In this document: in pieces, positions 13,262-26,224 of the stretch
Layout of the letters: each line of letters starts with the position of its first letter
Position numbering within the stretch: the first letter of the stretch is position 1
Assembly: GCA_963693365.1 (NCBI GenBank)
Contig: CAVNZM010000009.1
Span: forward strand, 9,631,581 to 9,695,580
DNA length: 64,000 nucleotides
Reading direction: 5' to 3'
Source of the DNA: Amoebidium appalachense
Lineage: Eukaryota > Protista > Ichthyosporea
Position numbers and translations under genes: made by a program
Notes under the pieces: model-generated
Told to the model about the DNA's origin: nothing
Database searches by the model: none
What the model saw: the letters and a program-made list of their open reading frames with translations, nothing else

Positions 13262-14713
13262 CTAAAAAAGCATTTATAGAGAGAACGGAGAAAAAAACGT
13301 GCACTGCAGGAAAGCACGACGCTGAGAGAGAAAAATGTTGCATGTGCGCCAGAAAGTGGGGGGTGTATGGATAGCTAGGCAGCGTAGTAAGGGGTAGGAC
13401 ATCGGGCTAAAAACCATTACGTAGAGTTGTTAATTTCTAGGGTGAATAGAAGAAACCAGATACAATAAGACAAAGCCTTACCAAAAACGGTATCCAAGGC
13501 AGAGAAAGAGAGAGAGCCAAGATGAATTCAGGTAGAGAAAATGGGAACTAACGCCTTTGCGACAATCCGTTCAGTGCTGGTGCTGGTGCTCGTGGGATGG
13601 GCTAGTAATGGTGGTGATGTGGTGGTGGTGGTGGTGGTTGGGAAAGGGGGGGGGGGGGGGGGGAGGGTTTGAAAAAGCTCACCACCGAAAACGTCCTTCG
13701 AATGTACATAAAATAACCCATGCATAGTATGCAACAAGAAGGGGAGGAGGGGTGGAAGAGGGAGTATTGGGGGGGTATTGGGGGGGAAGGGGGGGCGGGG
13801 GGAGTACGTTTGACAACATCTTGGGTCCCACGAAGCATTTTTGCAGTAAGAAACAGCCACAAACCAGAAAACGTCAAAAATTGCTTCCGTTCACTAGGCA
13901 CGCAGCTAGAAGAAGGCGTTACACTTGGTGGTTACGGGGAGCACGGTCGAATTTGTTGCACCTTTGGCCTTGCACTCTTTCATATACTCTAAGGTTCTTG
14001 TGACAACACAATGTTGGGTACACGAGGGGTAGCCCAGCAAGTATCGTGTTGTGGGGAAAAAACACCTTTTCTTTGGGTAAAAGGGAGCGCCCCAACGTTT
14101 CAAGTGTTCTAGCCACAAAATACTGGGAATTGGGTAACAAGAGCTATGTACTGACTGACACGACACTGCCCGGGACCGGAAGTACGTTGTCAAGAGCAGA
14201 ACAGTTGATGACATTGCCCGGAAAAAAAGAAAGAAAAAAAGGAAGAAAAAGACTATGCGAGCCGGCGGGGGGGCGAAAAAAAAAAAAAAAAGGAAAAGAC
14301 ATCGCGTAGAAACTCTCTTAACGGGTTGCGTTTGGGTATGTACTATGTACCATGTAGTCTCCGTGACACGTATGAGGTGGTGCCTCATTTTCCTTCCTAC
14401 CTCAGCAGAAATGTCTCGCTAGTAATGACAATGCTTATCTGTGTACGCGAAGTCGAAGAAGGAAGGCAGCGGAGGCGAATCCGTCGACGAGGCGAATTTT
14501 CCGTGCATACTTGCATATCTTTCCGTCGAATAAATCCAGTCAAAAGAAAAAAATTTTCCTTCCTTCCTCGCGCAGCCCGCAGCCATTTTTCTTCGCTGCC
14601 TTCCTTCTTCGACTCAGTCGCAGTCAGGTCAGTTGGATGACGTCAGGGCGAAGAAAAAAGATTATCGTGGATAACCCCACACTTCAAGCCCCGTAGTCGC
14701 CGGCGCTGTAAGT

Positions 14714-14750
<37 letters not shown>

Positions 14751-15613
14751 AATCCTGTTGGTCGCCACATTGAGTATTTATATGATTTTCACACAGTGAG
14801 GTATCTCAGTATGCACTTGTTACTGGATAACTCGTGAAGTTTTTATTGTCTTTCAGTATGCCGTGTGTGACACCGTGCATACTTGCATCTCTTTCCGTCG
14901 AATAAGCAGTTCTGGTGTCTCCTGCTCGTATGTGTAATATGTGTGGGGGGCGGTTTACTCGCGGCTGCATATCTATCAATAAATGCAACCTGTTAGCTAA
15001 TGTATTAGAACCGGAGGTTATTGGCGGTTTTATTCTCTTTTCTTCATCTCTTCCTCAATATATCCGTTTTAAGATGACTATCCTAGATCACCTTATTAAT
15101 GCTGCACAGTATGATATTGTGATCCGGTGCCTTAACTTTCTGTCGGAGCTACCGATGCTAGCATCTGCTTACCCATAATATGTAATAGGGGTGTCAGATA
15201 CTACGATGGCGCTCATTGTTGCCTAGCATGTACATATGGGGGTTTACACACTTTTTATTGCGTGGACATTGCCGGAGGCCCAGCCACATTCGACGGGGGG
15301 TGCGGCATGCCAGGAGCTACTACTAGAGAGAAGGGGGGGGTATGATTGGAGGGGGGGTGTTCAGCTAACCTTATATGGATAAAGCAAAGTTACAAGGATT
15401 CAAGCCATTGGTTGGGCAAGACCCCTTTTGCCGAATATGGATAACAGATCATACACTGCTGTAGGCGGCGGTCAGGAATTGGCGCGCTCTTTACTGGTCA
15501 CAACCAGTCCGGGAAGGCCATGAGCAGCATTGCCGAGCACACTGGAATACGGGAATGTTTGCGGTAACGTAGTCGCACTAGGGGGGCAGGGGGCCAGGCC
15601 CCAAGTGTTTAAA

Positions 15614-16995
15614 ATGAAGCCAGGCTGCCCTAAGGGCACAACACAGCGCCCTGGGCATAAAACAGGCGGAGCTAGGGAGGGAGCTGGGCGCAAAAAAAAA
15701 GATGCTGCATTTGTTCAGAACTTTGCAGGTTTTGGGACGGCAAACAAAGCTGTTTTGCAGGAACTAAACGTAAACGTACAACCCGAACAGCCCCCTCTAT
15801 CTAAGGCCGCCGACATAAGGGCCCGTGTAGTTGAGGCAGGTAGCGTCCATTCGTTACCAAGAGAAATGGATCGGGCCCCTGCTCCACACCCACCAGACAT
15901 ACAGGTGCAACCCGACGAGGAACCTTTGCTAAATGCAGCAGCAGATGCGTACCGGGTAGACGAGGATGAAGGGGAGGAAGAGGGAGAAGATAATACGGAC
16001 GGGGATGACGGTGGAGAGGAGTTTTCTGACGCGGCGGGCGAAACAATCAAGTCGCACCTGCACACAGTGAAAGAGAGTCTCAAAGATGAGAAGACGCCTG
16101 TGGGGTGGCATCTTCCACCTCCCATTATAGGCTTTAAATTTGGGGGCGATCCAGCGCCTTTCTACAAACCCAGATGTTTTGCCTGGCTTCCGGAAAGGTT
16201 GTCTCCCGGTTTCATGGTGCCGTGCCCCTTCGATGATCACTACGTGGACCCCCACAACCACCCCAACCCACACCGTACTTCTCGCAATGGGTTCATGAGC
16301 AACCCCGTAGGACGGCGTGTTATCGACTTTGACAGCTGCTACTACATTATCACGGCCCGGTACTTTTGTGACACATGCAAAAAAAACTTTGCCGGCACAA
16401 ACCCCCAGACAATTAAACGCCTTCCACTCTTCATGCGTGATCAGTTTCCGGCCTACCTTAGCCACCGCAGTGGGCTCGACCTAAAGGTGGTAACATTGTT
16501 GCGTGCACTGGCAGACAAAGGTGTGGGCCCAAACGCCTTTGCCACCCTCCTCTCGGAGCTCCACAAGCAGCGATACGACGAGCAGCGGCTCCTGTATTAC
16601 TCGAGGGCGCTGCATTGGACCAAGTATGAACTCAAAAAGCGTAACGATTTCCGCCCCCACGACCAGCGCCTGACAGAACTTCCCCCAGAGGAGCAGGCGG
16701 CTAAGTTCTCGGCGTTTGGTGACAAAAATGGTTACGCTGGACATGTGCCTTCAGGCAAGTGTGCACTGCATTTTGGGTGTGTAAATGGTCCCCATTGTTT
16801 TGTATGCACGTGCTTGGGCATTTTTTGGGTTGGCTTGGTAGGGTTTTGTTTTATTATTTTTTATTTTTTTTTTTAGGGGGGGGGGGGGGACTTGGAAATG
16901 GGTTTTGGAAGTGTGGTCAATAAGTTTCTATTATGGTGGTGGTGGATGTGTGGTGGTGGATGTGCGCCTGTGAGTGTGCGTGTACTTGTGGGTCC

Positions 16996-17044
<49 letters not shown>

Positions 17045-17299
17045 GGGGGGACATGGTGATGGATTAGGTGGTGGTGGTGGCAATCAGTCATGGTGGTGGT
17101 GGTGGTGGTGGTGGTGGTGGGGGGGGGGGGGGGGGGGGGGGGGGGGAGGGCAGAGGGATCATCAGAGGGGTGAAAGCATAACGGTCCATGTACCAGTGAG
17201 TGTGCTTGGGAAATCGTGGAGAACTGTTATGCCTGAAATTAGATGGTGGGTGTGCGCATGTGTGTCTGTGTGTGTTGGGGGAAAGGAGGTGGAGAGGGG

Positions 17300-17339
<40 letters not shown>

Positions 17340-19922
17340 GGGCACATGGTGGTAGACTGGATCTTGGTGGCGGTACTTAATGGTTATTATAGTAGTGGCA
17401 GGAGGGTGTGGGGGGAAGGGCAAACGGACGTGCAGGGGACAAACTGCAGATGGGGCACAAAGGGGAAAGAAGGTGAAAGTTGGTGCAATGACTTGGAGGG
17501 TTTGCGCGCGCCGGGAGGGGCGGGGGGGGGAGGGGGGGGGGGGGGGGGAGGGGGGGGGGGGGGGCAAACGGCCGGAGATGGGTGTGTAGCGTTTTTGAGA
17601 TGGGAAAAGCCATACAGACTTACGAAAATACAGAGAGGTGAGATGAACACGAGGGACTAGAGGGAATGGGGGGGATGGTCCTGATGGGAGGGTGGTGGAG
17701 TTCTAACAGTACTTGGGGTTCAGGCAAATACCTGAGTGCCGTGTATACTGAGTTCAGCGACCGCACGGCAAAGTACCAGAGCCTGGACACGCAGCTCAAG
17801 CCCGTAAACAACGTGCTCAAGGCCGACCACACCTTCCAAATTGGGAAGCTCACCGGCATCAATGGGGAGCCTCTGTACCGAGGCCTATGGACTTGTGTAA
17901 ACGAGCTTGGCGGTGTGTGGTCCCTCCTCTTCTCCCCCCTCCCCCCACTCTCCCCCAGGCCCCCTTCCCCCCCTCCCCCCCCCCCACACACGCCCACCCC
18001 CCCCCCCCCCACACACACACACACACACGCCCCCCTCCCCCCCCTCCCCCCCCCTCCCCCCTCTAGGGCCTTTAAATCTCTTAGGCTCCACATTTAATGA
18101 GGTGGCACACTGTGAGTAGAGGTTTGTAGTATGTGGGTTTTGGGGACAATTCTTGCCCTGTCGAGCAAAAACTAGGAAGCTCCAGATATGTGTGTATGTG
18201 TTTTTGCTGGGTAGAGATTGGGGTGGGCTGGGGTGGAGCTTTCTTTTGGCGGGGAATCGGGGGGGGGGGGGGGGGGGGGGGGGGGAGGGGGGGGGGGGGG
18301 GGCAAGCTTCTGCCAAGCAGAATGGGAGTAGGGGCCAGTGATTGCAAGGGATGCAGGGGGGGGGGGGGGGGGGGGGGGGAGACACCACCGTCGGGGTTGA
18401 AGGTAGAGAGGGCAAGAGGCCCGGGGTGGGGGGGGGGGGGGGGGGGGGGGGGGGACAGTAGGTGCCATATGGAGGGCTGTCCCATGGTTTGGGGGGAGGG
18501 GGAGTGGGGAAGGATCGTGGGCACATGGGTTTGGGGGGAAGGCAGAGAGGGGGAAAGGATTGTGATCACAAGGGTTTAGGGGGAGGAAGGGGGAAGGATT
18601 GTAGGTACATGGGTTTAGGGGGGGGAGGGGGGGAAGATTTTGGGGGAAAGGGAGGCCTGGGGAAAGTATGTGGGCACATGGGTTTGGGGGGAAGGAGGGG
18701 GAAGGGTTTTGGGGGAGAGGGAGGGGAAAGTATGTGGGCACATGGGTTTGGGGGGAGGGAGGGGGAAAGGATTGTGTGGGCACTGAAGTCTCGTGAAGGG
18801 CCATGTGGTAAGGGAAGCTAGAACATGCATGGCTGCTCGGAGATGCCCTCTCACACAGTGCGGCACCCCAGAGATCCGGGCGCAGGTATTTACACGGGAC
18901 TGCAGCCACCAGGAGATTGAGCCCGTGATCCAGCGCATCTCTGCCACCACGGCGGCGCTCAACAGCAAGGGCCCGGCCTTCTTCTACACAGATCGGTGCT
19001 GCCAAGACCGGGCGTTTGTTGAGCGCATGTTTCCAACCCTAGCCCGGCCAAAATGCCCCGTCCGTCTGAACGAGGCTGCGCTGGTAAGCGTGACGGACGG
19101 TCTGCCTGGGCTGGAGCTGCCGGCCAACTACCCTAAGCCGGTGTACACCGACTGCCAGGGGGCGGTGGTGGCTACAGCGGCCATTCGTGCCGACCTGGAG
19201 GGGCAGCAGCACCGCGTGGTGGGGCTGGACTGCGAGTGGGTCTATCGGGTGGGCCAGGCGCGGTCCAAGGTTTGCACGCTGCAGATTGCCACCGCACGGG
19301 CCGTGTACATCTTCCACTTGGCACGCATGGGCCCCAACCACAGCCCGCCCGCGCGGCTGGTGGACGAGCTGATTGCGCTGCTTAGGGACCCCAGCATCAT
19401 CAAGGTGGGCAAGCAGATCGGCACGGACTCGGCCCACCTCAACAAGGACTACGGCACCCCTGTGGCCAGCTATCTGGAGCTGGGCCGGTTCTGCTATGCC
19501 CGTGCAGCTATCACCTCTGCGGCCCGGGGCTTGGCCGACATCACTGCCCAGGTCATAGGCAAGAAGCTGCCCAAGCCGGCACTTGTTCGATGCTCCAACT
19601 GGCACGAGCCGCTATCAGAGGTGCAGGCCACCTACGCTGCCCTTGATGCATATGCGTCCCTGCAGGTCTACTCGGCCGTGGTCGATAGGCCAAACCTGTC
19701 AGGTGTGTATCCCACCTGCTTTTTGCCCCAGTGCTTATGTGCTTATGCCAGATATAGAAAGATTGTGGGCCCCCCAGAGGAGAGGGGAGGGGGAGGGGAG
19801 GGGGGGGGGGGGGGGGGGGGGGGGAGGTGGCTGACCACATGGGCCAGTGTTCCAGTTGTGTTATGCTGGGTGTCGGGTGGCTATCAAAGGAGGGGGTGAT
19901 TGGTGGTGGTGGTGGTGGTGGT

Positions 19923-19953
<31 letters not shown>

Positions 19954-20991
19954 CTATAGCACTGTTAACACGTGCAAGTGCCACACAAGCTGGGCACTGG
20001 GAGAGGGGGGGGGGGGAGGGAGAAGGGGGGGGGGGGGGGGGGAAGGGGGTTGCTAAGGAATATGCATTTGATTTTTGTGGAGCGAAGAGAAAAACGTTGG
20101 TGCTGTGGCTTTTTGGCTGAGTTTTTTGCTTCCCTCTATGACATGCAGCGCGGCTTCATGCAAAGGCACTCGGTGAAGGGGTTGAGATTGTGCCCCGGCG
20201 GGGCCCACATGCTGCAGCAGCCACCGGGGTGGTGCTGGCTGTGCAGCCGGAGCGCTGGGGGGGCATGAAGGTGGGCAAGAAGCATGCAGTGGTGCGGGTG
20301 GATCAGGTGCTGTCGCCGGCCATGCAGGTGCCCTTTGGCCCCGACAAGGGCAAGACCCTGGGAGAGCTGGGCCCGCCGCCCTTTGAGCTGATGGTGCACC
20401 TGCAGTGGCTACGGCCCATTCAGCCCCCACCGGACCCAGGTGCCGAGGTGCCGGTGGTCCCTGACCCAGCCCCTCCCCCTGCCAGTCCTCCCCCTGCCGA
20501 GCAGCAGCAACCCCTTGCCGGCCCACAGGCACCCCCCCAGGACCCCCAGGCAGCCCCGGGGGGCCTTGAGGCAGCCCCAGGGGGACCCGAGGCAGCTCCC
20601 AGAGAGGGCATGTTGGGCCAGGCACCGCCTGGGGAGGTGGTGTGGCAGACTGTGCTGAATGACGCCTTCCACTCCATTGCAAACACGGCGGACGGCACGT
20701 ACAAGTCACACCCCCGCAGGGCTGAGTACGCACGCGCACTCAGCGAGGCAATATTTGTGTGGAATGAAGAGGATTACGGACATGTGAAGGTGCCCCCCCT
20801 CCCCCCCCCCCCCCAAAATAAAAAATAAAAAATAAAAATAAAAAAAACGGCAACAACAACATGCGTGACTGACGCGCACACACACATACACTCGTTAGCA
20901 CACACTCACCATTCCACCCACAACCATGCACACCTTCGACAAAACTTCTGAGGGAAGAGAGAGAGCCTGAGTTTCAGAGAGAGGGGGGGAA

Positions 20992-21035
<44 letters not shown>

Positions 21036-21620
21036 GGGGGGGAGGAGAGTGGGGGTTATTCATATGCCTAGAGAGAAATAATGTAGGGTTGTGGGGGGAA
21101 AGAGCCACATGCATTTTTTACTTGTGTTGGGGGAGAAGATGGGGGGGGTGGAGGGGAGGGGTCCTACAATAACGGCAGGTATCAAAGTCTACCAAACCCA
21201 AATTGCAGTGTGCGTAGTAAATTAATATTGGCATCCTGCCTCACAGGGGGTGCTGGAGCAGAAGGGCATCGACATTGAAACCGAGCTCAAGGGCGGCGAC
21301 CTGAGCTACTTCATGGAGCGCATCCGGCGGGTTATTCCCGACCCATACACGCTGGTCTCGCGGCTGGTGGAGTTCAAAAACACCTACAAGGATGTGCCGC
21401 CCGGACCGGATGGCAAGCCTCTGTTCAAGAAGGATGGCTTTGAAAGACTCGAGGCAACATCCCCCCCCCCCCCCCCCCCCCCCTGCAGGCGCCCAACAAC
21501 TCCACCACCACAGAAAAGATTCTTCGCTTATTTGTCATCCTTGGTTCATCTGCACACACACGCACACCCTAGCCTCCCCCCCCCCCCCCCCCCCCCCCCC
21601 CCCAAACATACACACACACA

Positions 21621-21684
<64 letters not shown>

Positions 21685-21764
21685 CCCGCACGGCCCTTGC
21701 TGCCTAGCCAGTTGTTTTTTGCCTTTCCCTGCTCGTTTTTTTCCTTAGCAACCCCATCCCCCCC

Positions 21765-21795
<31 letters not shown>

Positions 21796-23460
21796 ACATA
21801 CACACACACTACCACCACCACCACCCACCCATCTCTCTGATGTTTGCTTGTGCCCCCACAGTCGCTGCTCGAACACGCCCAAAATGGCTGTCTGTCGGAC
21901 CCCCCCGGCCTGCCCCTCTACTACGAGACCACTGCCGACGCAGATGGGCTCATGCGCTACCGCTGCATCCGGGGCACCAACGAGGTGGAGGGGGCAGTGC
22001 ACAACCCCCTGGCCACCCACTTTGGGGCCACACGCATGTCGCTGCGCCTGCTGGACGCCACCATGTCCAATAGGCGCCACCGCCACAACCTGCGTGCACA
22101 CTACCGCAACCGCCTGGGCCAGGCATCGGGGCCCCCCCACTACAGCCCCTGGATTGTTGACGACATGGAGGCACTGGCGCTGATGCTGTACGGCCATCAC
22201 CTCGACCCCCAGTGGGTACCCGTAGGCTGCTACAAGCTACCGGAGGAGTACTTCAACTTTGCCCCGCTCTCCTGTGTGGCCAATGCCCCGGCGCAGGAGC
22301 CAGTTGCGGTGCCCGCACCCCCACCTCCGTCTGATAACATCGAGCCTGCAGCCAATGGCGTGATGGGCGGGCCAGAGGACTGTGAGGTCGAGGAGGGTGA
22401 CGGTGCTGCCATGGGGGGGGGCAACCAGGTGGCGCGTGGTGCACCACAGCCGGACCCTGCACTGAGGGGCGACTACAAGTTCCTGGCGCAGAAGCAACAT
22501 GTGGCCATCCCCTTCCTTCCGGTGCTTACCCCTCAGGAGCGCAAGCTATTCAGCACGCTGCTCCTGGGCACCTACAAGGCACATGCAAAGCCCAACGGCC
22601 AGCTGTTCGAGGCTTTGGCCCAAGACTTCAACAAGGCTGCCTCTGTGGCTGGGGGAATCTACATGAAGGATGCGGCCTACATCAAGAAGCATTTCGACAA
22701 GTGGAAGACCTGGCAGACGGCACATGCACAGCGCTCCACACACGAGGGCCTGGCAGATCACCGCAAGCGTATGCGCGAGGAGAGGGCAGACGCTGTGCCA
22801 GCAACCATACGGCCTGCCCCCTTGCCACCCCTCCCTGTTCCAGACGGTGTCGATGCAGGGGCGCAGCGTGAGCGGCCCTTGCCCATGCTAGTGGGCAAAA
22901 AGCATCGCAACATTGGCCCTGAGGGGCCCCTGCAGATGGATTTGCCGGTGCCCCCTCCTATGCAGCCACCCCAGAGAGCCCCCAAGACCTGCAAGACGTG
23001 TGGCCGCCAGGGCAAGGGCTGCCCCGGCTCCAATCGGGCCAAGAGCTGCCCACGTTGGGTTGCAGCCAATCAGGATGCCATGCCACCAGCACCCGCGCTT
23101 GACATGCAGCAGGGCCATGTGCCGCACATGCCCCCTGCACCCCATCCAGGCCCGCACCACCCACATGGCTGGCCCCCACCGTGGGGCATCATGCCGCCTC
23201 AGCCCGGCCCTGCCTTCCCCATGCCTGGGCTACTGCCGCAGCACGGTCCCCATCCTTACTTGGGCCATGTGGGCCAGCCCTCGGCTGGTGGGCAGTTCCC
23301 ACCCCCTTCTCGTGCATCTGCTGTGCTGGGCCTGGCGTTGCCACCTGCTGGAGAGACGCAGCTGCAATGGCACGATCGAAAGCAAAGTAATCGTGGCCGC
23401 AAGTCTGCAGGCAGCCAATCAGGATCTCAGAGTAGTCAGAGTAGCCAAACTAGTGTCTAA
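15614..23460 (+). CDS. Putative DDE/DxxH transposase with DUF6729-like N-terminus and an internal WRN-like 3'-5' exonuclease; exons 15614-16754, 17724-17912, 18872-19702, 20149-20789, 21247-21453, 21862-23460 (1535 aa)
   Basis: Predicted spliced length 4608 nt, open throughout. Motifs: GGAREGAGRK; CPF...GRRVIDFDSCYY...RYFCDTC...FPAYLSHRSGLD; LKADHTFQ; NELGEIR; FYTDRCC; exonuclease VGLDCEW/LQIA/CSNW/YAALDA; VLNDAFH; LSDPPG; RGTNEVEGAVH; C-terminal CKTC-x6-C-x8-C. Confidence 0.85.
18480..18785 (+). repeat. G-rich ~40-bp intronic minisatellite
   Basis: About 7 degenerate units of aaggattgtgggcacatgggtttggggggaagg in intron 2 of the transposase gene. Confidence 0.8.
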
Positions 23461-23878
23461 TATTGGAATGTACACCAATGTAACGGATCTCATATGTGTT
23501 GTAGTGCTTCAAGTTATACCTGTTCTTCGTACAGTCATGTTAGGGGGGAGGGGGGGGGGGGGGGGGGGGGGGGGGGCTAGCTTTCATTCCGAAGTTTACT
23601 GTAAAGAATTAAAATTTAGAATCTGAGTAATAGTACAGAGCCTTTGCACTTTTCTCTGTTTTTTAGGAATTCTTTGTGATCGAGAGTATGGTGTGTTAGA
23701 CTATTGGTGTTAATGTGTCCTGGAAGGTGTATAATGTCTGCTGGCCGTAGTCAGTATCTATTTTTAGGTATATAGTATATTTTTAAATGTTGGCCGCTGG
23801 CCAATAAATAGCAAATAATAAACACACGATAAAGTCAACAGCGTGCCAAAAAACTAATCCCCAGCGAGCGCACCCAGT

Positions 23879-23902
23879 GATGTGTGTGTGTGTGTGTGTG
23901 TC

Positions 23903-23982
<80 letters not shown>

Positions 23983-24120
23983 CGCGCGCGTGCGTGCGTG
24001 CGTGTGTGTGTGTGTGTGCGTGCGTGCGTGCGTGTGTGCGTGTGTGCGTGTGTGCGTGTGTGCGTGTGTGTGTGTGAGTGTGTGTGTGTGTGTGTGTATG
24101 TGTGGTGTGGTGTGTGCGCG
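23879..24120. repeat. (TG)n/(CG)n compound microsatellite
   Basis: Direct inspection. Confidence 0.95.
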
Positions 24121-25314
24121 GCTTGTACATATGTACGTGTTCATGTGCACCTGTGTCGGACCTACGAAGTACATGAAAGTAAATTTTGACAGCATCGATC
24201 TGCCGGTGTGTATGTGTATGTGTGCCAGTGCAGCAGGTGTGCCTTGTAACTGATAGCTTCGCATTTTACGTGTGTGTATATATAGTAGTACGCATAGACA
24301 CTTGCTGATCATTCGGATCGACATTAATATTTAATCTGTCGGTCCTCGGTTTTTTGAGTGAATGATGATCAAGTGTAAGAGCATTCACTTGGCAAGTATT
24401 AATGTTGCAGAGGCTAGCTGCAGCTGCAAGCGTCGGATGCACACTGACAATTGTCTTTTCAGCGAGTCTAACCTGCAGGCAGCAGCTGCACACATATAGG
24501 GTTGTTATCTTGCGGCACATGCACGGTGATCATTTCAGAGTAATAGAGTTCAGAGCAATGAAAATAATGAAAATAACTAAACTTTGTGACTACTTTAAAG
24601 TTGCTGAGATCATACGTGGTGCAAGCTGCACTATGAACACATGTATAGTGCTAGTAATTAATACATTTTTGTTGCCTTCTGCAGGGTTATCGTAGCTACG
24701 TCACGGCCTGCACTCAGGGGGGGAGGGGGGGGAGAGGGGGGATGATTCGAAGGGGGTATAAATAAGAACATGCACCTAAAGGTCTTTCCCGTGGATCCTC
24801 CCCCCTCCCCCCCCCACCTCTCCCCCTCCCCCGGGGCCCCATACTATGATATCAAGGCCCAATATTATATGCCCCTTCCCCCCCCCCCCCCCCCCCCCCC
24901 TCCTCTCCGGATCCCCGGACCCCACTTCCCTACCCGGAGGCTCAAGAGCTCCCCCTTCCCCTCCCCTCCCCCCCCTCCCCCCCCCCCCAAGGCTTACGGG
25001 GGCCCTTCTTCATCGAGGGGGAGGGGGTGGGGGTGGGGGGGGGTGGGGGGTGGGGGTGGGGGGGAGGGAAGTGGAAGGCGGGGGTGGATGCATGTCAGCC
25101 TAGGTGAATTCAATTGTTTAACTCCAGTGTGCAGGACTGGTCTGAAGGCTTAAGAAAACAACGAGGAAATGGGGTCCAGTGGAGGTGGTGGTGGTGTTCT
25201 GTGTGTGTGTGTACACGTGCACGTATGTGTGTGGTTTTTTTAAGGGGTGAGTGGTGGTGGTGGTGGTGGTGGTGGTCACCGTGGTGGTGGTGTGTGTGTC
25301 TGGTGTGTGTGTGT

Positions 25315-25364
<50 letters not shown>

Positions 25365-26224
25365 TAGAAAGAAAAACTGCTCGTGGGTCACTGTTTTTCG
25401 TCACTGTATTTGTAACGGGCCGCTCATATTTATATAACTACTTTAATTTAAGTACACGTGTTCATTATCATATACGATGGCCAAATATAGAAATTTTGGC
25501 GTCGAAGTTCTTGGAGCTAAAAAAACGTTTAAAAGGGGGAAATAATAGCTTGGCCCCAAATTTACCTTGCCGTTTTTAGCGAATGTATTTTTTATTCATG
25601 AGTTCTAGTGATTCAGTGAGTGCACGTGCCTGCCTCAGGCTGATCATGACAACTGCAACACACCATTCCTACATGGATATCAACCAAAAGAAAATAGTAT
25701 ATACTGTGGTGGTCTCCTAAACCTTGTGCGGCATGCGCATACATGATATTACAGTGACGCATGTGCATATTATTGTTCTGTACACCGGAGTGTGCCGGTG
25801 CACGTGGCTGTTTTGTGCACATGTTACAATAGCAGCACGATCTCCCTAAACTCCATGTTTACACATCCCTCACCCTGGCTCTGCCTTGTCGGTGCTCCAA
25901 AACACACATACAAATCCCCCTAGACTCAGTGCCTGCACATGGTCGCATTCACGTGCAGGTCACGTGACACATGCGATGCCATACTGCCGTCTACAGCAAC
26001 AACCACGGCAGCATGTATACCGGCCCAGCACGAAATATACTTATCGGCAGCCCACTGAACTCGCCCATTTTCTCTTTTTCATGTATGTCCCTCCTTTTTT
26101 GTAAAATCACCCTTTTTGGCCTCCCGGTAGTGGATTTTGCAGGATTTGACTTCTTTGAGGTCCAAAAACCTCAAATTTTCCCCGGCGGGGCCGGGGAGGG
26201 AGAATTCAAAAATTGCCCGCTCCT

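Noticed and set aside
15454-23878. CACTG...CAGTG as CACTA/Transib-type termini of the transposase element
   Set aside because: Only 5 bp match and no target-site duplication
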